A stretch of DNA of 64,000 nucleotides from assembly GCA_963701295.1 (NCBI GenBank), contig OY969585.1, forward strand, positions 2,880,895-2,944,894. Direction: 5' to 3'. The translations under genes and the position numbers were made by a program. The stretch is from Ignavibacteriota bacterium. Lineage in GTDB: Bacteria > Bacteroidota > Ignavibacteria > UBA10030. Shown piece after piece: positions 42,441 through 52,874 of the stretch; the first letter of the stretch is position 1; each line of letters begins with the position of its first letter. The notes beneath the pieces are model-generated. The model was not told the DNA's origin, did no database searches, and was given only the letters and a program-made list of their open reading frames with translations.

Positions 42441-43348
42441 AATCGACTCCGAAAAAGCAAAAATAATTTATCGCCTAAATAGGTTGCAAACCAATAGCGC
42501 CATAGAATCCAATTTTTCCACATTGTGGGAAATGCCTGCACAAACCATTGGCGCGCTATTCGCATGTGACCATGATAGTATTCATTTAAGCCGAGGCGAA
42601 ACTTTATAGCATATTGGTCGTTCACCGTCAGGTTGTTGTGAAGTTTATGTAATAAATAATCATTAGCAAAATTCAAGGTATAAATTCGTTGTTCGTTTTT
42701 TCGTTCGACAGAAATAGCATGTGCATGGAGGCGATACCGAAGAAGGACTTTTTGAAGATTATAAAAGTTCGTAACCGGCAATAGGCGAAGAAAGAATTCA
42801 TAATCAATTGCGCTTTGACACATTTCATTGAAACCTCCAACAACATCAAATAACTCTCTGCGCATCATGGTCGCAGGAAAGCACATAGAAGAATGCTTTG
42901 TTATTTCATATTCAATATCAGTATGTTGTTCTGGTAATCTGCGAATGGTGTGCATCACGTTGTTGCGTGCATCCATAAGCTGGTACCAGCAGGATACCAC
43001 GCCAATTTCAGGATGTTCCTGCAAAATATGATATTGTTCCTTTAATCGATCAGGTAGCGCAACATCATCTGCATCCATAAAAGCAATAATCGGAGCTTTG
43101 GTATGTTTAATTCCTTCATTTAAGGCATGCGCACGACCGGAATGATTAATAAAAATAGCTTTTCTCCTATCATCATGAAGCGACTCGATAAGAGTCCTCG
43201 TTCTGTCGGTAGAACCATCATCCACGATAAGCAATTCATAGTCGGTCATCGTCTGAGCAAGAATACTACGAATCGCTGCTTCAAGATACCGTTCTCCATT
43301 GTACACTGACATAACAATGGACACTTTACTCAATAGATCTTTACTCAT
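42437..43348 (-). CDS. Glycosyltransferase family 2
   Basis: VSIVMSVYNGERYLEAAIRSI...IVDDGSTDRT...DADD. Confidence 0.75.
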   Translation of the reverse strand: MSKDLLSKVSIVMSVYNGERYLEAAIRSILAQTMTDYELLIVDDGSTDRTRTLIESLHDDRRKAIFINHSGRAHALNEGIKHTKAPIIAFMDADDVALPDRLKEQYHILQEHPEIGVVSCWYQLMDARNNVMHTIRRLPEQHTDIEYEITKHSSMCFPATMMRRELFDVVGGFNEMCQSAIDYEFFLRLLPVTNFYNLQKVLLRYRLHAHAISVERKNEQRIYTLNFANDYLLHKLHNNLTVNDQYAIKFRLGLNEYYHGHMRIARQWFVQAFPTMWKNWILWRYWFATYLGDKLFLLFRSRL

Positions 43349-43360
43349 ACCATTCTCTTA

Positions 43361-44281
43361 TCACAACCAATGAGGTCTGCGGAAAGAATACTCCCCATCT
43401 CGAAAAAATCCACCGGCATGGTTTCCGTAACCATATCTCTTTTGAATATTACGAGACATAACTTTTCGTAGCTTCCAATTTCTTATCACTATCCATAAAC
43501 CTGCAATAAATCCTCTTGAAATGGTTAAAGCACATCCCTTGCAAATCCCAAAAATAATTCTTCCCATGATAATCCTAGTTATTCTTCCTATAACCCTATG
43601 TAATGAATAATGTGAGACTAAAATAATAATGATATTGCGATTACAATAGTATTGTTTTCTTAAATCGATTGAATTATTCGTTTTATACAAACGATGTGAG
43701 GATGAATAGGTATGATGCACGATTGCATTGGACTCATATTCAATATCATAACCTTTGTGTAATACGCGGAGGGAGAAATCTATTTCATGCGAATAAAGAA
43801 ACAAGTCTTCGTTAAACATCCCGGCAGATAAAAACATCGCATGTCGAAACAGCACTCCACAACCAATAAAGTTTGGATAAATAGAAAAACTTTTTTGAGT
43901 AGTCTCATGTTTGTTCAATGTATCATTATATATATTCAATGCTAATATTGCACAGTTAGGTAAACGATTCATCGTTTGTACACTTATTCCAAGCGCATCT
44001 TTTTCCGGATAACTATCATCATCCAAAAATAACAGATACTCCCCTTTCGCTATCTTTGCTCCCTCATTCCAGCCTGCTATGCCAATATTTTTCTGTAACT
44101 CAAGCAAACGGACGGTAGGATATTCTGATTTCACCATTTCAACAGAGCCGTCGTGAGAATTGTTATCAACAACAACCACTTCTATGTTTTTGTAGTCCTG
44201 CTCAAATACTTTTTGGAGAGTATTCCGTAAGTAGTCTTTTCTGTTGTACGAAAGAATATTTACTGTAACAAGAGGCTGCAT
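43361..44281 (-). CDS. Glycosyltransferase family 2
   Basis: VTVNILSYNRKDYL...VVVDNNSHDGS. Confidence 0.7.
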   Translation of the reverse strand: MQPLVTVNILSYNRKDYLRNTLQKVFEQDYKNIEVVVVDNNSHDGSVEMVKSEYPTVRLLELQKNIGIAGWNEGAKIAKGEYLLFLDDDSYPEKDALGISVQTMNRLPNCAILALNIYNDTLNKHETTQKSFSIYPNFIGCGVLFRHAMFLSAGMFNEDLFLYSHEIDFSLRVLHKGYDIEYESNAIVHHTYSSSHRLYKTNNSIDLRKQYYCNRNIIIILVSHYSLHRVIGRITRIIMGRIIFGICKGCALTISRGFIAGLWIVIRNWKLRKVMSRNIQKRYGYGNHAGGFFRDGEYSFRRPHWL

Positions 44282-44282
44282 G

Positions 44283-45377
44283 TTAAGAATGGGTGATGTT
44301 CTTAAAAGCTGTTAATGACTGCGCAATAACCTGATCCATATTGTAATAGCGATAAGTCGCAAGCCGGCCGACAAAATGCACAGTTTTCAATTTTTCCGCT
44401 TCGGCAGCATATAATTTATATAACGCTGTATTTTCGTCATTCGGTATAGGGTAATATGGCTCGCCTGTCTCGTGTGAATATTCTTTTGCTATAGTTGTCT
44501 TGCTCTGGTGTTGTCCGGTAATATGTTTGAATTCGATACTCCGTGTATAGGTAAAATCGTTCGGGTAGTTCACCTGCGCAACCGGTTGAACAAATTCCTT
44601 CTCGTGAGTCTCAAATTCAAAACTGAGCGAACGATACGGTAATGCACCAAATGTTTGATGAAAATACTCGTCAATCGGACCGGTGAAAATCAACCGGTTA
44701 AAAGTCCCGGACGGTATATTTTTAAAATCAGTATTGAGCTCAACCGAAATCAACGGATGAGCGATCATTTTGTTAAACATCTCGGTGTATCCATTAGCGG
44801 GCATCATTTGAAAGCGGTCATCAAAATATCGATCATCTGTATTCGTTCGGATCGGTAACCGGCCACAAACAGATGGTGCTAAATGTGATGGTTCGACACC
44901 CCAATGTTTTGTCGTATATCCTTTATACAACAAATCATACAATCGCCTGCCGATCTTTGAAACAACAACATCTTCAGAGTTTCGAATAAATGAGATCGAT
45001 TCTTTCTCCCGCTCATAAAAGGCTCTTACTTCTTCGTCGGTTGTATAATGAAACCCAAAAAGAGTGTTGACAGTTGTTCTATTGACCGGCATCGGAACAA
45101 GTGAACCGTTCACCGACGCCAAGACCCGATGTTCGTACGGATGCCATGAAGTAAATTGCGATAAGTACTTGATGATGCTTTCATCATTTGTATGGAACAA
45201 ATGAGGACCATAATGGTGTATACGAATACCGTGTTCATCGATGGAATCATATGCATTTCCACCGATGTGAGAACGACGATCAATCACTAGAACCTTCTTT
45301 CTTAATTGCGACGCCAATCGCTCCGCAAGCACACAACCAGCAAAACCGGCACCAACTATGAGATATTCGTATTTCAT
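44283..45377 (-). CDS. glf: UDP-galactopyranose mutase
   Basis: YEYLIVGAGFAGCVLAERLA FAD-binding fold and a length of 364 aa, typical of Glf. Confidence 0.9.
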   Translation of the reverse strand: MKYEYLIVGAGFAGCVLAERLASQLRKKVLVIDRRSHIGGNAYDSIDEHGIRIHHYGPHLFHTNDESIIKYLSQFTSWHPYEHRVLASVNGSLVPMPVNRTTVNTLFGFHYTTDEEVRAFYEREKESISFIRNSEDVVVSKIGRRLYDLLYKGYTTKHWGVEPSHLAPSVCGRLPIRTNTDDRYFDDRFQMMPANGYTEMFNKMIAHPLISVELNTDFKNIPSGTFNRLIFTGPIDEYFHQTFGALPYRSLSFEFETHEKEFVQPVAQVNYPNDFTYTRSIEFKHITGQHQSKTTIAKEYSHETGEPYYPIPNDENTALYKLYAAEAEKLKTVHFVGRLATYRYYNMDQVIAQSLTAFKNITHS

Positions 45378-46459
45378 TGTACATCCAATTTAATGGAATC
45401 CATCCTTAATACAATGGACGATATTTTTTCGGCCACATACTCAGAACCTTCGGGAGACAGATGCCCATCGTCTTTGATATAATAATTTCCAATATCAGTC
45501 GGTGACATTTTTTTTATATCATCATATAACTCATAATAGAAGACCTGCGTATCTTTAAGTGATTGTATAAAGTCATGGTCTTCTAAATTTTCTATTTGCA
45601 GTAAATTATCTACCCTGGGACAACGTATAACAATAAGACGTTGGTTATTGAGTTTTACACAAGTGATTAAATCTGCAAATATCTTTTTAACGATACCGTC
45701 GCTTTTGAACTTTAAATATCGTTTGTAAAAAGGGTTTAATAATTTACTATACTCTAACACTTTAATAATAACTTCGGGTGAATTATTTCTTGATGATCTT
45801 AACATCAGTTCACCATTTTCTAAATCATAACTTGGTTTATTCATTCCTTCAACTTTGCGATAGGCTTCTAATACGCGCGGAATGTCATCCTCGATAAACA
45901 TGAGAACGATGATTTGAGGCTTTATAATTGGTTCGTATTTTTTGTATGCTAGATACATTTGATCAATACCCCACCCAGGCATCCCCATATTATAAACGTT
46001 ATACTGTGACCCCAGTTTTTCTTGAAGCTTCGACGAAATAGTTGATTTTTCATCAAGAAAAACTCCAAATATAAATGAATCACCCAATAACATCACTCTT
46101 GTGTTGTTGTTTTGAGCACAAGCTGTATCATAATCGTTAGTATTTCTAAACCCTTGATTATTTATTACATACTCCACTTTTAGATCTTTGTACTTTTTAT
46201 TTGAAAATGGAATGTACTTATTCTTTTTGCATACCCATCCCAAGTCCTTTTCAGTTAACGGCCACGTGACATCGACAAGATTTGTATCAACATGGATCTC
46301 CTTATTTTTATATTGCCCGGGATATGTTCGTGAATAATTTGTTTTATCCGACCAGAATATTCTCAGCCCAATCTCAAGTAAAATCATTAACATAAGCGTT
46401 AATAGCACATTCCATAAAATTAGCCTTACAATTCTTAGATATTTTTTCCGCTTGGTCAT
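45374..46459 (-). CDS. Membrane-anchored SGNH/GDSL-family hydrolase (possible polysaccharide O-acyl esterase or transferase partner)
   Basis: Block I LLGDSFIFG, block II GMPGWG and block V DDGHLS motifs. N-terminal transmembrane helix. 4-bp overlap with glf. Confidence 0.55.
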   Translation of the reverse strand: MTKRKKYLRIVRLILWNVLLTLMLMILLEIGLRIFWSDKTNYSRTYPGQYKNKEIHVDTNLVDVTWPLTEKDLGWVCKKNKYIPFSNKKYKDLKVEYVINNQGFRNTNDYDTACAQNNNTRVMLLGDSFIFGVFLDEKSTISSKLQEKLGSQYNVYNMGMPGWGIDQMYLAYKKYEPIIKPQIIVLMFIEDDIPRVLEAYRKVEGMNKPSYDLENGELMLRSSRNNSPEVIIKVLEYSKLLNPFYKRYLKFKSDGIVKKIFADLITCVKLNNQRLIVIRCPRVDNLLQIENLEDHDFIQSLKDTQVFYYELYDDIKKMSPTDIGNYYIKDDGHLSPEGSEYVAEKISSIVLRMDSIKLDVQ

Positions 46460-46713
46460 TATTACGCTATTCAGTTCGTTATTCTTGTGTAATTCTTCAG
46501 AAGATTTAATCTGTTAAGTAATTTCTGATAAAGCGTTGAGAATAATCGTTGTCACTGATGCACAAATTGAAATTTTTGAAAAAGGTAGATGATCGGCTGG
46601 AATAATATTCATGTTGTCAGTTTTAGTTTAAATTCAGACTTCCTAAAAGATAAGAATGCCCGCCCTTCCAATTATTCTGACGTATTAAACTAGATTATTC
46701 TATAATCAAATAG

Positions 46714-48078
46714 TTACGTTTGTTTCCGATACCATCTCGTCATCAAAATGCCATACACAGCGATAAATGCTGCGCCTGAGGTTCTAAGGCTGAAAGAAAA
46801 AAGTAATACACAGAGCCCCATAGCCATAAGAGCGATAACCGCTATCTTTATAATGCTAAGGACTTCTTTCGTGAAGGTCAATGGAACTTCATGGTTAAGC
46901 GCCTTCCATGAACGCACTGCAACAAGAGTCTCGGCAAAGATTGTTGTCAGAGCGGCTCCAGTCATTCCATACATCGGAATAAGGAACACATTGAGAAGAA
47001 GATTCAATCCTGCACTCCAAGCGACAATCGATAAGTATTTCTTTTCCTTCCCGAGCAAAAGAAGCGGCTGAGCAAATGTGATACTGATGAAAACAGCTAT
47101 TATATCCAACGAGAGAAGACGGAGCGGAAGCACTGCACCGTCGTACGCCGAACCATAGAGCATTGTAATGAATTCCGGCGCATAGATGCCTATGAGGATT
47201 CCGGTCGGCAATCCAATCATACACATCGTCAAGACAAACGCTTTCCATTCTTTCACTGCTGCGGTTTTAAGTGAAACGAGATACGGCAAATAAGAAGCGA
47301 AAAGAAGATTAGGAATTGCCGAAGCGAGCGTGACAATTTTGTAAGCACTTGTGTACAGTCCGACTTCACGGCTTGTTTTGAACACCCCCAGAAGCACCGT
47401 ATCTATATTCAAATAAACCTGGACACACATGGAAGCCGCACCTACTGTAATCGCCGAAATGCAATATGCGCGAAGTTGCTCCCACCGTACGCTATGCATC
47501 CATACAAAGTTTTTTCTGAGTATTCCTGACATTGGAATGAGCGCGAGGGCGGAAGAAACTGCAAAAAAGACCGGCACACGGGGAAGATCTCCAGCACTTT
47601 GGACGCCGCCAATAACAAAAAGAAGATACAGCAAGCTCTGCGCAAAACGGCTGACCGCCACAATATGCATTTGATTATGAGCGCGGAAAAAGAATTGAAA
47701 CGTAAAGGGAATGGTAAACAGTGCCAAACCTTGCAGAATCAATAATTGTTTTACAGCTAAAGAAAACGGAACAAACAAGCAGACCAGCAGCAAGAGAGCA
47801 AAAGAGGCGATCGCAGAACCTGATTTTAAAAGAAAGAGAGAAGTGAGAATGCCGGAAGGTTCTTTTTCAGAACGCGCAGTCTCACGCGCGCCGACGATAT
47901 CATACCCTGGATTAGCAATAAGAGCAAAATATGTATACACCGCAACGACAAATCCATAGTCGCCAAACCCATTCACTCCAATTCTTCTCGCAAGATATGC
48001 AGTAGTGAGGAACCCTAAGACTTTGGAAACAATTTCTGCCGACGATAAGAAAAAGAAATTTTTTTCAGCACTTCTCAT
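46714..48078 (-). CDS. Wzx-type flippase / polysaccharide biosynthesis protein (MOP superfamily)
   Basis: Start set at the internal ATG (MRSAEKNFFF...) to avoid a 140-nt overlap. Multi-transmembrane. N-terminal pattern ...LARRIGVNGFGDYG... typical of the family. Confidence 0.55.
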   Translation of the reverse strand: MRSAEKNFFFLSSAEIVSKVLGFLTTAYLARRIGVNGFGDYGFVVAVYTYFALIANPGYDIVGARETARSEKEPSGILTSLFLLKSGSAIASFALLLLVCLFVPFSLAVKQLLILQGLALFTIPFTFQFFFRAHNQMHIVAVSRFAQSLLYLLFVIGGVQSAGDLPRVPVFFAVSSALALIPMSGILRKNFVWMHSVRWEQLRAYCISAITVGAASMCVQVYLNIDTVLLGVFKTSREVGLYTSAYKIVTLASAIPNLLFASYLPYLVSLKTAAVKEWKAFVLTMCMIGLPTGILIGIYAPEFITMLYGSAYDGAVLPLRLLSLDIIAVFISITFAQPLLLLGKEKKYLSIVAWSAGLNLLLNVFLIPMYGMTGAALTTIFAETLVAVRSWKALNHEVPLTFTKEVLSIIKIAVIALMAMGLCVLLFSFSLRTSGAAFIAVYGILMTRWYRKQT

Positions 48079-48101
48079 GCGAATGGCGGCAATTTCACGC
48101 G

Positions 48102-48896
48102 TTATCGTTTCAAGAACCGTGCGTGGAGAATACGGAGAAGAAACAACGGATTTCCGATCAAATATCGTTTCCACAATCTTCGCGGTTCTTGGATGAGGCG
48201 GAACGCCCACTCGAATCCAAGAGCTCCGAGCCACCGCGGGCAATTTATTTTATCGCCTGAGACGGTATCAAGAAAACCTCCGCCCATCCAGATTAAATTC
48301 ACATTCAGCTTTGAAAAGTTTTCCTTCGTCCAGGCTTCCTGCAGGGGAACTCCCATTCCTAAAAGAAGAATATCCGGCTGGCAAGCATTAATAGCACGAA
48401 CGACAGAATTGTTTTCCTCTTCCGAAATAAAGCCATGATGATATCCCGAAATCTGCAAGCCGGGATATAATTCCTTCAGCCTCGTTGCGGCACGCTCTGC
48501 AACAGACGATGCACCGCCAAGGAAGAACAACTTCAAGTCGTTTTCAACAGCACTCTCGGCTATGTCGTAAATATAATCCGAGAGCGTAATACGCTCGGGA
48601 ATATTTTCGCCTAAGAGCCGTGCTCCTAAGCGAACTCCCTCGCCATCGCAATAACTCACGAGCGATTGATCAAGGAATTCCTTGAACCATGGTATCTCCA
48701 GCGCGACATCAATCGTGTGAATATTGATATAGGAAAACCAGCCTCGCCGTTTGGTTTTTATAGAGTAGAGAATGAGCGACTTGAATTGCGAACGTGTGAG
48801 AATATCAACACGGATATCGAGAATACTCGTTGATCGAATCAATGGTTTTTCTTGTTCACTATGATGGCTCGGATGTGCGGACGCTGAATTGGACAT
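48102..48896 (-). CDS. WecB/TagA/CpsF-family glycosyltransferase (GT26)
   Basis: ILDIRVD...SYINIHTIDVA...LFFLGGASSVAERAATRLKELYPGLQISGYHHGF...GMGVPLQE. Confidence 0.7.
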   Translation of the reverse strand: MSNSASAHPSHHSEQEKPLIRSTSILDIRVDILTRSQFKSLILYSIKTKRRGWFSYINIHTIDVALEIPWFKEFLDQSLVSYCDGEGVRLGARLLGENIPERITLSDYIYDIAESAVENDLKLFFLGGASSVAERAATRLKELYPGLQISGYHHGFISEEENNSVVRAINACQPDILLLGMGVPLQEAWTKENFSKLNVNLIWMGGGFLDTVSGDKINCPRWLGALGFEWAFRLIQEPRRLWKRYLIGNPLFLLRILHARFLKR

Positions 48897-48912
48897 AATC
48901 ACCAACCGCTCA

Positions 48913-49860
48913 TTATTCCTGCCGAACAAGGCCGAGTTTTTCTCTGAAATACCTCATCGTTTTCAACAATCCCTCTTGCCTGCGTACCCTCGGCTCCCAC
49001 CCCAGCAACTCTTTCGCTTTAGTAATATCCGGCTGGCGTACTTTGGGATCGTCTTCAGGAAGGTCTTGGAAGATTATTTTACTACGGCTTCCGGTCAGTT
49101 GGATTATTTCTTTTGCAAGTTCCAGCATGGTTACTTCTTCCGGATTCCCAATATTCATCGGCATATCATAATCGGACATCATCAGGCTGTAAATGCCATC
49201 GATGAGATCCGAAACATAACAGACGCTTCTTGTCTGGCTGCCGTCTCCAAAGACCGTCACATTTTCATTCTTCATTGCTTGCGACATAAAGGTGGGAATT
49301 GCACGCCCATCGTTCATACGCATGCGCTCGCCGTAGGTATTGAAGATACGAATGATCCGAGTTTCCACACCATGGTATCTATGATACGCCATCGTCATGG
49401 CTTCTGCAAACCGTTTCGCTTCATCATACACACCGCGCGGACCAACGGGATTCACATTTCCCCAGTAATCTTCCTTCTGTGGATGAATCAATGGGTCACC
49501 ATACACCTCGGAGGTGGATGCGATGAAGAAGCGCGCACCTTTTGCTTTTGCAAGACCAAGCGCCTTGTGCGTTCCCAAGGAACCGACCTTGAGAGTTTGA
49601 ATAGGCAGCTTCAGATAATCAATCGGGCTTGCAGGGGAAGCGAAATGAAAAATGAAATCCACCGCCCCATCTACAAAAATATAATTCGTTACATCATGCT
49701 GGACGAAGGAAAAATGAGGATTGCCCAAGAGATGTGCTATGTTGGCGGTATCCCCCGTGATCAGGTTGTCAATGCAGATGACTTCATGATTTTCCGCAAG
49801 AAGCCGATCGCATAAATGCGAACCAAGAAATCCGGCGCCGCCGGTAACGAGCGACCGCAT
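48913..49860 (-). CDS. UDP-glucuronate decarboxylase (UDP-xylose synthase) family SDR
   Basis: [16 protein letters not shown]...IDNLITGD...FHFASPASP...STSEVYGDP. The start overlaps the fcl stop (TAATG). Confidence 0.75.
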   Translation of the reverse strand: MRSLVTGGAGFLGSHLCDRLLAENHEVICIDNLITGDTANIAHLLGNPHFSFVQHDVTNYIFVDGAVDFIFHFASPASPIDYLKLPIQTLKVGSLGTHKALGLAKAKGARFFIASTSEVYGDPLIHPQKEDYWGNVNPVGPRGVYDEAKRFAEAMTMAYHRYHGVETRIIRIFNTYGERMRMNDGRAIPTFMSQAMKNENVTVFGDGSQTRSVCYVSDLIDGIYSLMMSDYDMPMNIGNPEEVTMLELAKEIIQLTGSRSKIIFQDLPEDDPKVRQPDITKAKELLGWEPRVRRQEGLLKTMRYFREKLGLVRQE

Positions 49861-50786
49861 TATTTGTTCTCCAGATACCATTGGATGGTTTTTCGTATCC
49901 CCTCGCGCAAGGGGGTTTTAGCTTTCCAGCCAAGCTGATGAATTTTTGAAACATCCAGTAATTTTTGCGGTGCACCATCGGGTTTCGTTGTGTCGAATAC
50001 GATGGCGCCGTTATATTCCACTTCTTGTTTGACGATGGTTGCGAGTTCGAGAATCGTCACGTCTTCCCCAACGCCGACGTTGATTATTTCTCCGTCATCG
50101 TAGTGATTCATCAAGAAGACACATGCATCTGCAAGATCATCGACAAAAAGAAACTCGCGTTTTGGCGCGCCAGTTCCCCACACAGTAACCGAAGGCGCAC
50201 CTTCTTTCCTTGCTTCGATAAATTTCCTTATCAGCGCGGGCAGCACATGAGAACTTTTCAAATCGAAGTTATCGTGCAGCCCGTACAAATTTGTCGGCAT
50301 TACGGAAATATAGTTCGTCCCGTACTGCCGGTTATACGCCTGGCACATTTCGATCCCGGCAATCTTCGCTATCGCATACGGCTCGTTGGTAGGCTCCAAC
50401 TTTCCATCCAGAAACGAATCTTCCTTGATCGGCTGAGGAGCGAACTTCGGATAGATGCATGAACTGCCTAAAAAACAGAGTTTCTTTACACCGGTTTGGT
50501 ATGCGGCGTGAATAATATTAGTTTGAATCTGAAGATTGATATAAATAAAATCAGCAGGATATGTATTATTCGCATGAATCCCGCCTACTTTAGCGGCTGC
50601 AAGAAAAACATAATCCGGTTTCTCTTGCTGAAGAAATGATTCCACAAGAGATTGTTTTGTTAAATCAAGCTCATCGATCGTGCGCAAAAGAAACCTTGCA
50701 TATCCTTGTGCCTGCAGAGACCGCAAAATCGCCGATCCCACTAATCCGGTATGACCTGCGATATATATTTTATCAGAATGATTCAT
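49860..50786 (-). CDS. fcl: GDP-L-fucose synthase
   Basis: [15 protein letters not shown]...PTNLYG...[12 protein letters not shown]. Confidence 0.9.
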   Translation of the reverse strand: MNHSDKIYIAGHTGLVGSAILRSLQAQGYARFLLRTIDELDLTKQSLVESFLQQEKPDYVFLAAAKVGGIHANNTYPADFIYINLQIQTNIIHAAYQTGVKKLCFLGSSCIYPKFAPQPIKEDSFLDGKLEPTNEPYAIAKIAGIEMCQAYNRQYGTNYISVMPTNLYGLHDNFDLKSSHVLPALIRKFIEARKEGAPSVTVWGTGAPKREFLFVDDLADACVFLMNHYDDGEIINVGVGEDVTILELATIVKQEVEYNGAIVFDTTKPDGAPQKLLDVSKIHQLGWKAKTPLREGIRKTIQWYLENK

Positions 50787-50810
50787 GAATGTATAGTTCT
50801 TTGTGCGTAG

Positions 50811-51243
50811 TTAATTAGTACTTCGTTCTTTGTGCCTCGGTCTTTGTGCTTCGTTCTTTGTGCTTAGTTTTTTGTACTTAGTTCTTTTTAATAAGTATTG
50901 GATAAATCCACCAATAAGATTTTTAATATCTTTTGCTTCTGTGAATAATTCATCAAATTCATTTTGAGTAATATATCGGCAATCAACGACAACGTATAAG
51001 AGCGTTTGGACTTCGGAAGTTGATCTGTAAGCATAATTTACAGAAAAGGATAAAACTTTTCCTCGATCCCGAATCAAATCCCTCTGCAATATTTGCCATA
51101 ATAGAAACTGTTGCACGTTGAATCTGTTCTCTTAGTCCAAAATCTTTTGCGAAATCTCCTTTGGCTGTCAAGCCATATATTCGCGATGTCAGCTCACGAG
51201 CCTTTTTCCACGATTCAATATCTTCAAATCGTTCAATCTTCAA
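50811..51243 (-). pseudogene. Four-helix-bundle protein (TIGR02436-like), frameshifted; the 3' end runs into a tandem repeat
   Basis: Frame A gives MKIERFEDIESWKKARELTSRIYGLTAKGDFAKDFGLREQIQRATVSIMANIAEGFD. Frame B gives ...SEVQTLLYVVVDCRYITQNEFDELFTEAKDIKNLIGGFIQYL. Joined, they match the full family. The extended tail ...KERSTN is a translation of the 14-bp repeat. Confidence 0.55.
50832..50900. repeat. Tandem 14-bp repeat, 5 copies (TTCGTTCTTTGTGC and variants)
   Basis: Read directly: ttcgttctttgtgc / ctcggtctttgtgc / ttcgttctttgtgc / ttagttttttgtac / ttagttcttttt. Confidence 0.7.
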
Positions 51244-51287
51244 TTTCTATCATTCTCTTATTTCCAACAGAACTAACCAACTCTGAA

Positions 51288-52328
51288 CTAGTATCCACGT
51301 TTCTTCACTTTTTCAAAATCTGCATGTGCCATCATTTTCGCTAAGTCGCGAAATGTTGTCTTCGGCACCCACCCCAATTTATTTTTGGCTTTTGTTGCAT
51401 CTCCCATAAGCAATTCAACCTCTGTTGGACGATAATATCGAGGATCGACTTCTACGAATGTCTTGCCGTCTTTTTTCGATATTCCTATTTCCTGTTCCTT
51501 CTCGCCTTTCCACACCAAATCCATCTCTAATTCAGTAAACACTGTTTCGATAAATTCTTTCACAGAATGCGCCTCGCCGGTGGCAAGCACAAAATCCTCC
51601 GGTACATTCTGCTGCAGCATACGCCACATCCCTTCACAATATTCCGGCGCATATCCCCAATCGCGTTTTGCGTGAAGATTTCCTATTGTAAGTTTTTCTT
51701 GCAAACCAAGCTTGATTCTTGCAGCCGCAAGCGTAATCTTTCTCGTTACAAAGGTTTCACCGCGGCGGGGAGATTCATGATTAAAGAGGATACCATTACA
51801 GGCATACAGCCCGTATGCTTCACGATAATTGATGATGATCCAGTACCCGTACAGCTTCGCTACACCATACGGACTGCGGGGATAAAATGGCGTTCGCTCT
51901 GTTTGCGGCACTTCCTGCGCTTTGCCGAACAATTCGCTTGTCGAAGCCTGATAAAACCGCGTGCGAACTCCCGTCTCCCGAATCGCATCCAAGAACCGCA
52001 GTGTCCCTACAGCATCCACCTCAGCCGTGTACTCAGGAACCTCAAATGAGACTTTCACATGGCTTTGCGCGGCAAGATTATAGATTTCCTCGGGTTCAAC
52101 TTTTTCGAGGAGACGGTTGAGGTTGCTCGTATCCGTCACATCGCCATAATGCAGGAACATACGATCGCCGTATATTTTTGGATTATTGTAAAGATGATCG
52201 ATACGGCCTGTGTTGAATGAACTGCTGCGTCGAATGATTCCGTGTACTTCATACCCTTTTTCAAGCAAGAGTTCCAAAAGATAGGAACCATCCTGGCCGG
52301 TGATACCGGTAATGAGCGCTTTTTTCAT
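51288..52328 (-). CDS. gmd: GDP-mannose 4,6-dehydratase
   Basis: [35 protein letters not shown]...[10 protein letters not shown]...NHESPRRG. Confidence 0.95.
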   Translation of the reverse strand: MKKALITGITGQDGSYLLELLLEKGYEVHGIIRRSSSFNTGRIDHLYNNPKIYGDRMFLHYGDVTDTSNLNRLLEKVEPEEIYNLAAQSHVKVSFEVPEYTAEVDAVGTLRFLDAIRETGVRTRFYQASTSELFGKAQEVPQTERTPFYPRSPYGVAKLYGYWIIINYREAYGLYACNGILFNHESPRRGETFVTRKITLAAARIKLGLQEKLTIGNLHAKRDWGYAPEYCEGMWRMLQQNVPEDFVLATGEAHSVKEFIETVFTELEMDLVWKGEKEQEIGISKKDGKTFVEVDPRYYRPTEVELLMGDATKAKNKLGWVPKTTFRDLAKMMAHADFEKVKKRGY

Positions 52329-52335
52329 AAAAATT

Positions 52336-52419
52336 AGTAAAGAGTGAATGGTGAATAGTAAATGGTGAATAGTAAATAGTAAATGGTAAATAGTAAATAG
52401 TGAATAGTAAATAGTGAAT
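52336..52419. repeat. Tandem heptamer array, 12 copies of RGTRAAT
   Basis: agtaaag agtgaat ggtgaat agtaaat ggtgaat agtaaat agtaaat ggtaaat agtaaat agtgaat agtaaat agtgaat. Confidence 0.8.
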
Positions 52420-52450
52420 TGTTCATGATATCTGATTAAAAGTAAAAAAA

Positions 52451-52759
52451 TCAGTCTCGAATAGATTTACTCAAACCGCTGAGTAGTTTCTGAATCTCTA
52501 TCAGATGAACTTCAATCCTTTCGTACTGTGCTTTATCAAAATAATTCATATTCAGGCATATCTCTACCTGCGTATCAATCTCACTAAGAGAACCTTGTGC
52601 AACATTAAGGAAATACAATTTCTCTTTTTTCGATTTTCGTGTAAGTCCTTCTGCTATATTTGAAGGAACTGATACGGCAGCTCGCTTCAACTGCGACTTT
52701 AAACCAAACTCTTCATCCCGTGGAAATGTCTTTGTTTCTTCATAAATCAATGTGACCAA
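52451..52759 (-). CDS. Four-helix-bundle protein (TIGR02436-like); no ATG start, N-terminus uncertain
   Basis: ...[28 protein letters not shown]...[12 protein letters not shown] matches the family. The in-frame upstream sequence codes ...[18 protein letters not shown] (helix 1) but has no ATG/GTG/TTG start there. The ORF track begins at a TTG. Confidence 0.6.
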   Translation of the reverse strand: MVTLIYEETKTFPRDEEFGLKSQLKRAAVSVPSNIAEGLTRKSKKEKLYFLNVAQGSLSEIDTQVEICLNMNYFDKAQYERIEVHLIEIQKLLSGLSKSIRD

Positions 52760-52839
52760 TGCAATACTTTTCTTCCATGCTTCCAGCTTTTTGTGCGCCT
52801 TTCGTTGATCACAATTACTTTCTTTTCTCTGTTCCCTGT

Positions 52840-52874
52840 TTCCTCATTACTCTTCACCGTTTACTCTTTATCGG
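52840..52874. repeat. Short heptamer-periodic repeat (CATTACT CTTCACC GTTTACT CTTTATC GGTTACT) abutting the stop of the epimerase gene
   Basis: Read directly. Pyrimidine-rich on the plus strand. Confidence 0.5.

Noticed and set aside
48889-49815. 308-aa plus-strand ORF. Similar long antisense ORFs occur at 53004-53690 and 35434-36039
   Set aside because: They are shadow ORFs on the opposite strand of well-supported genes (UDP-xylose synthase, the GDP-mannose-3,5-epimerase-like gene, the C25 protein) and have no recognisable motifs.
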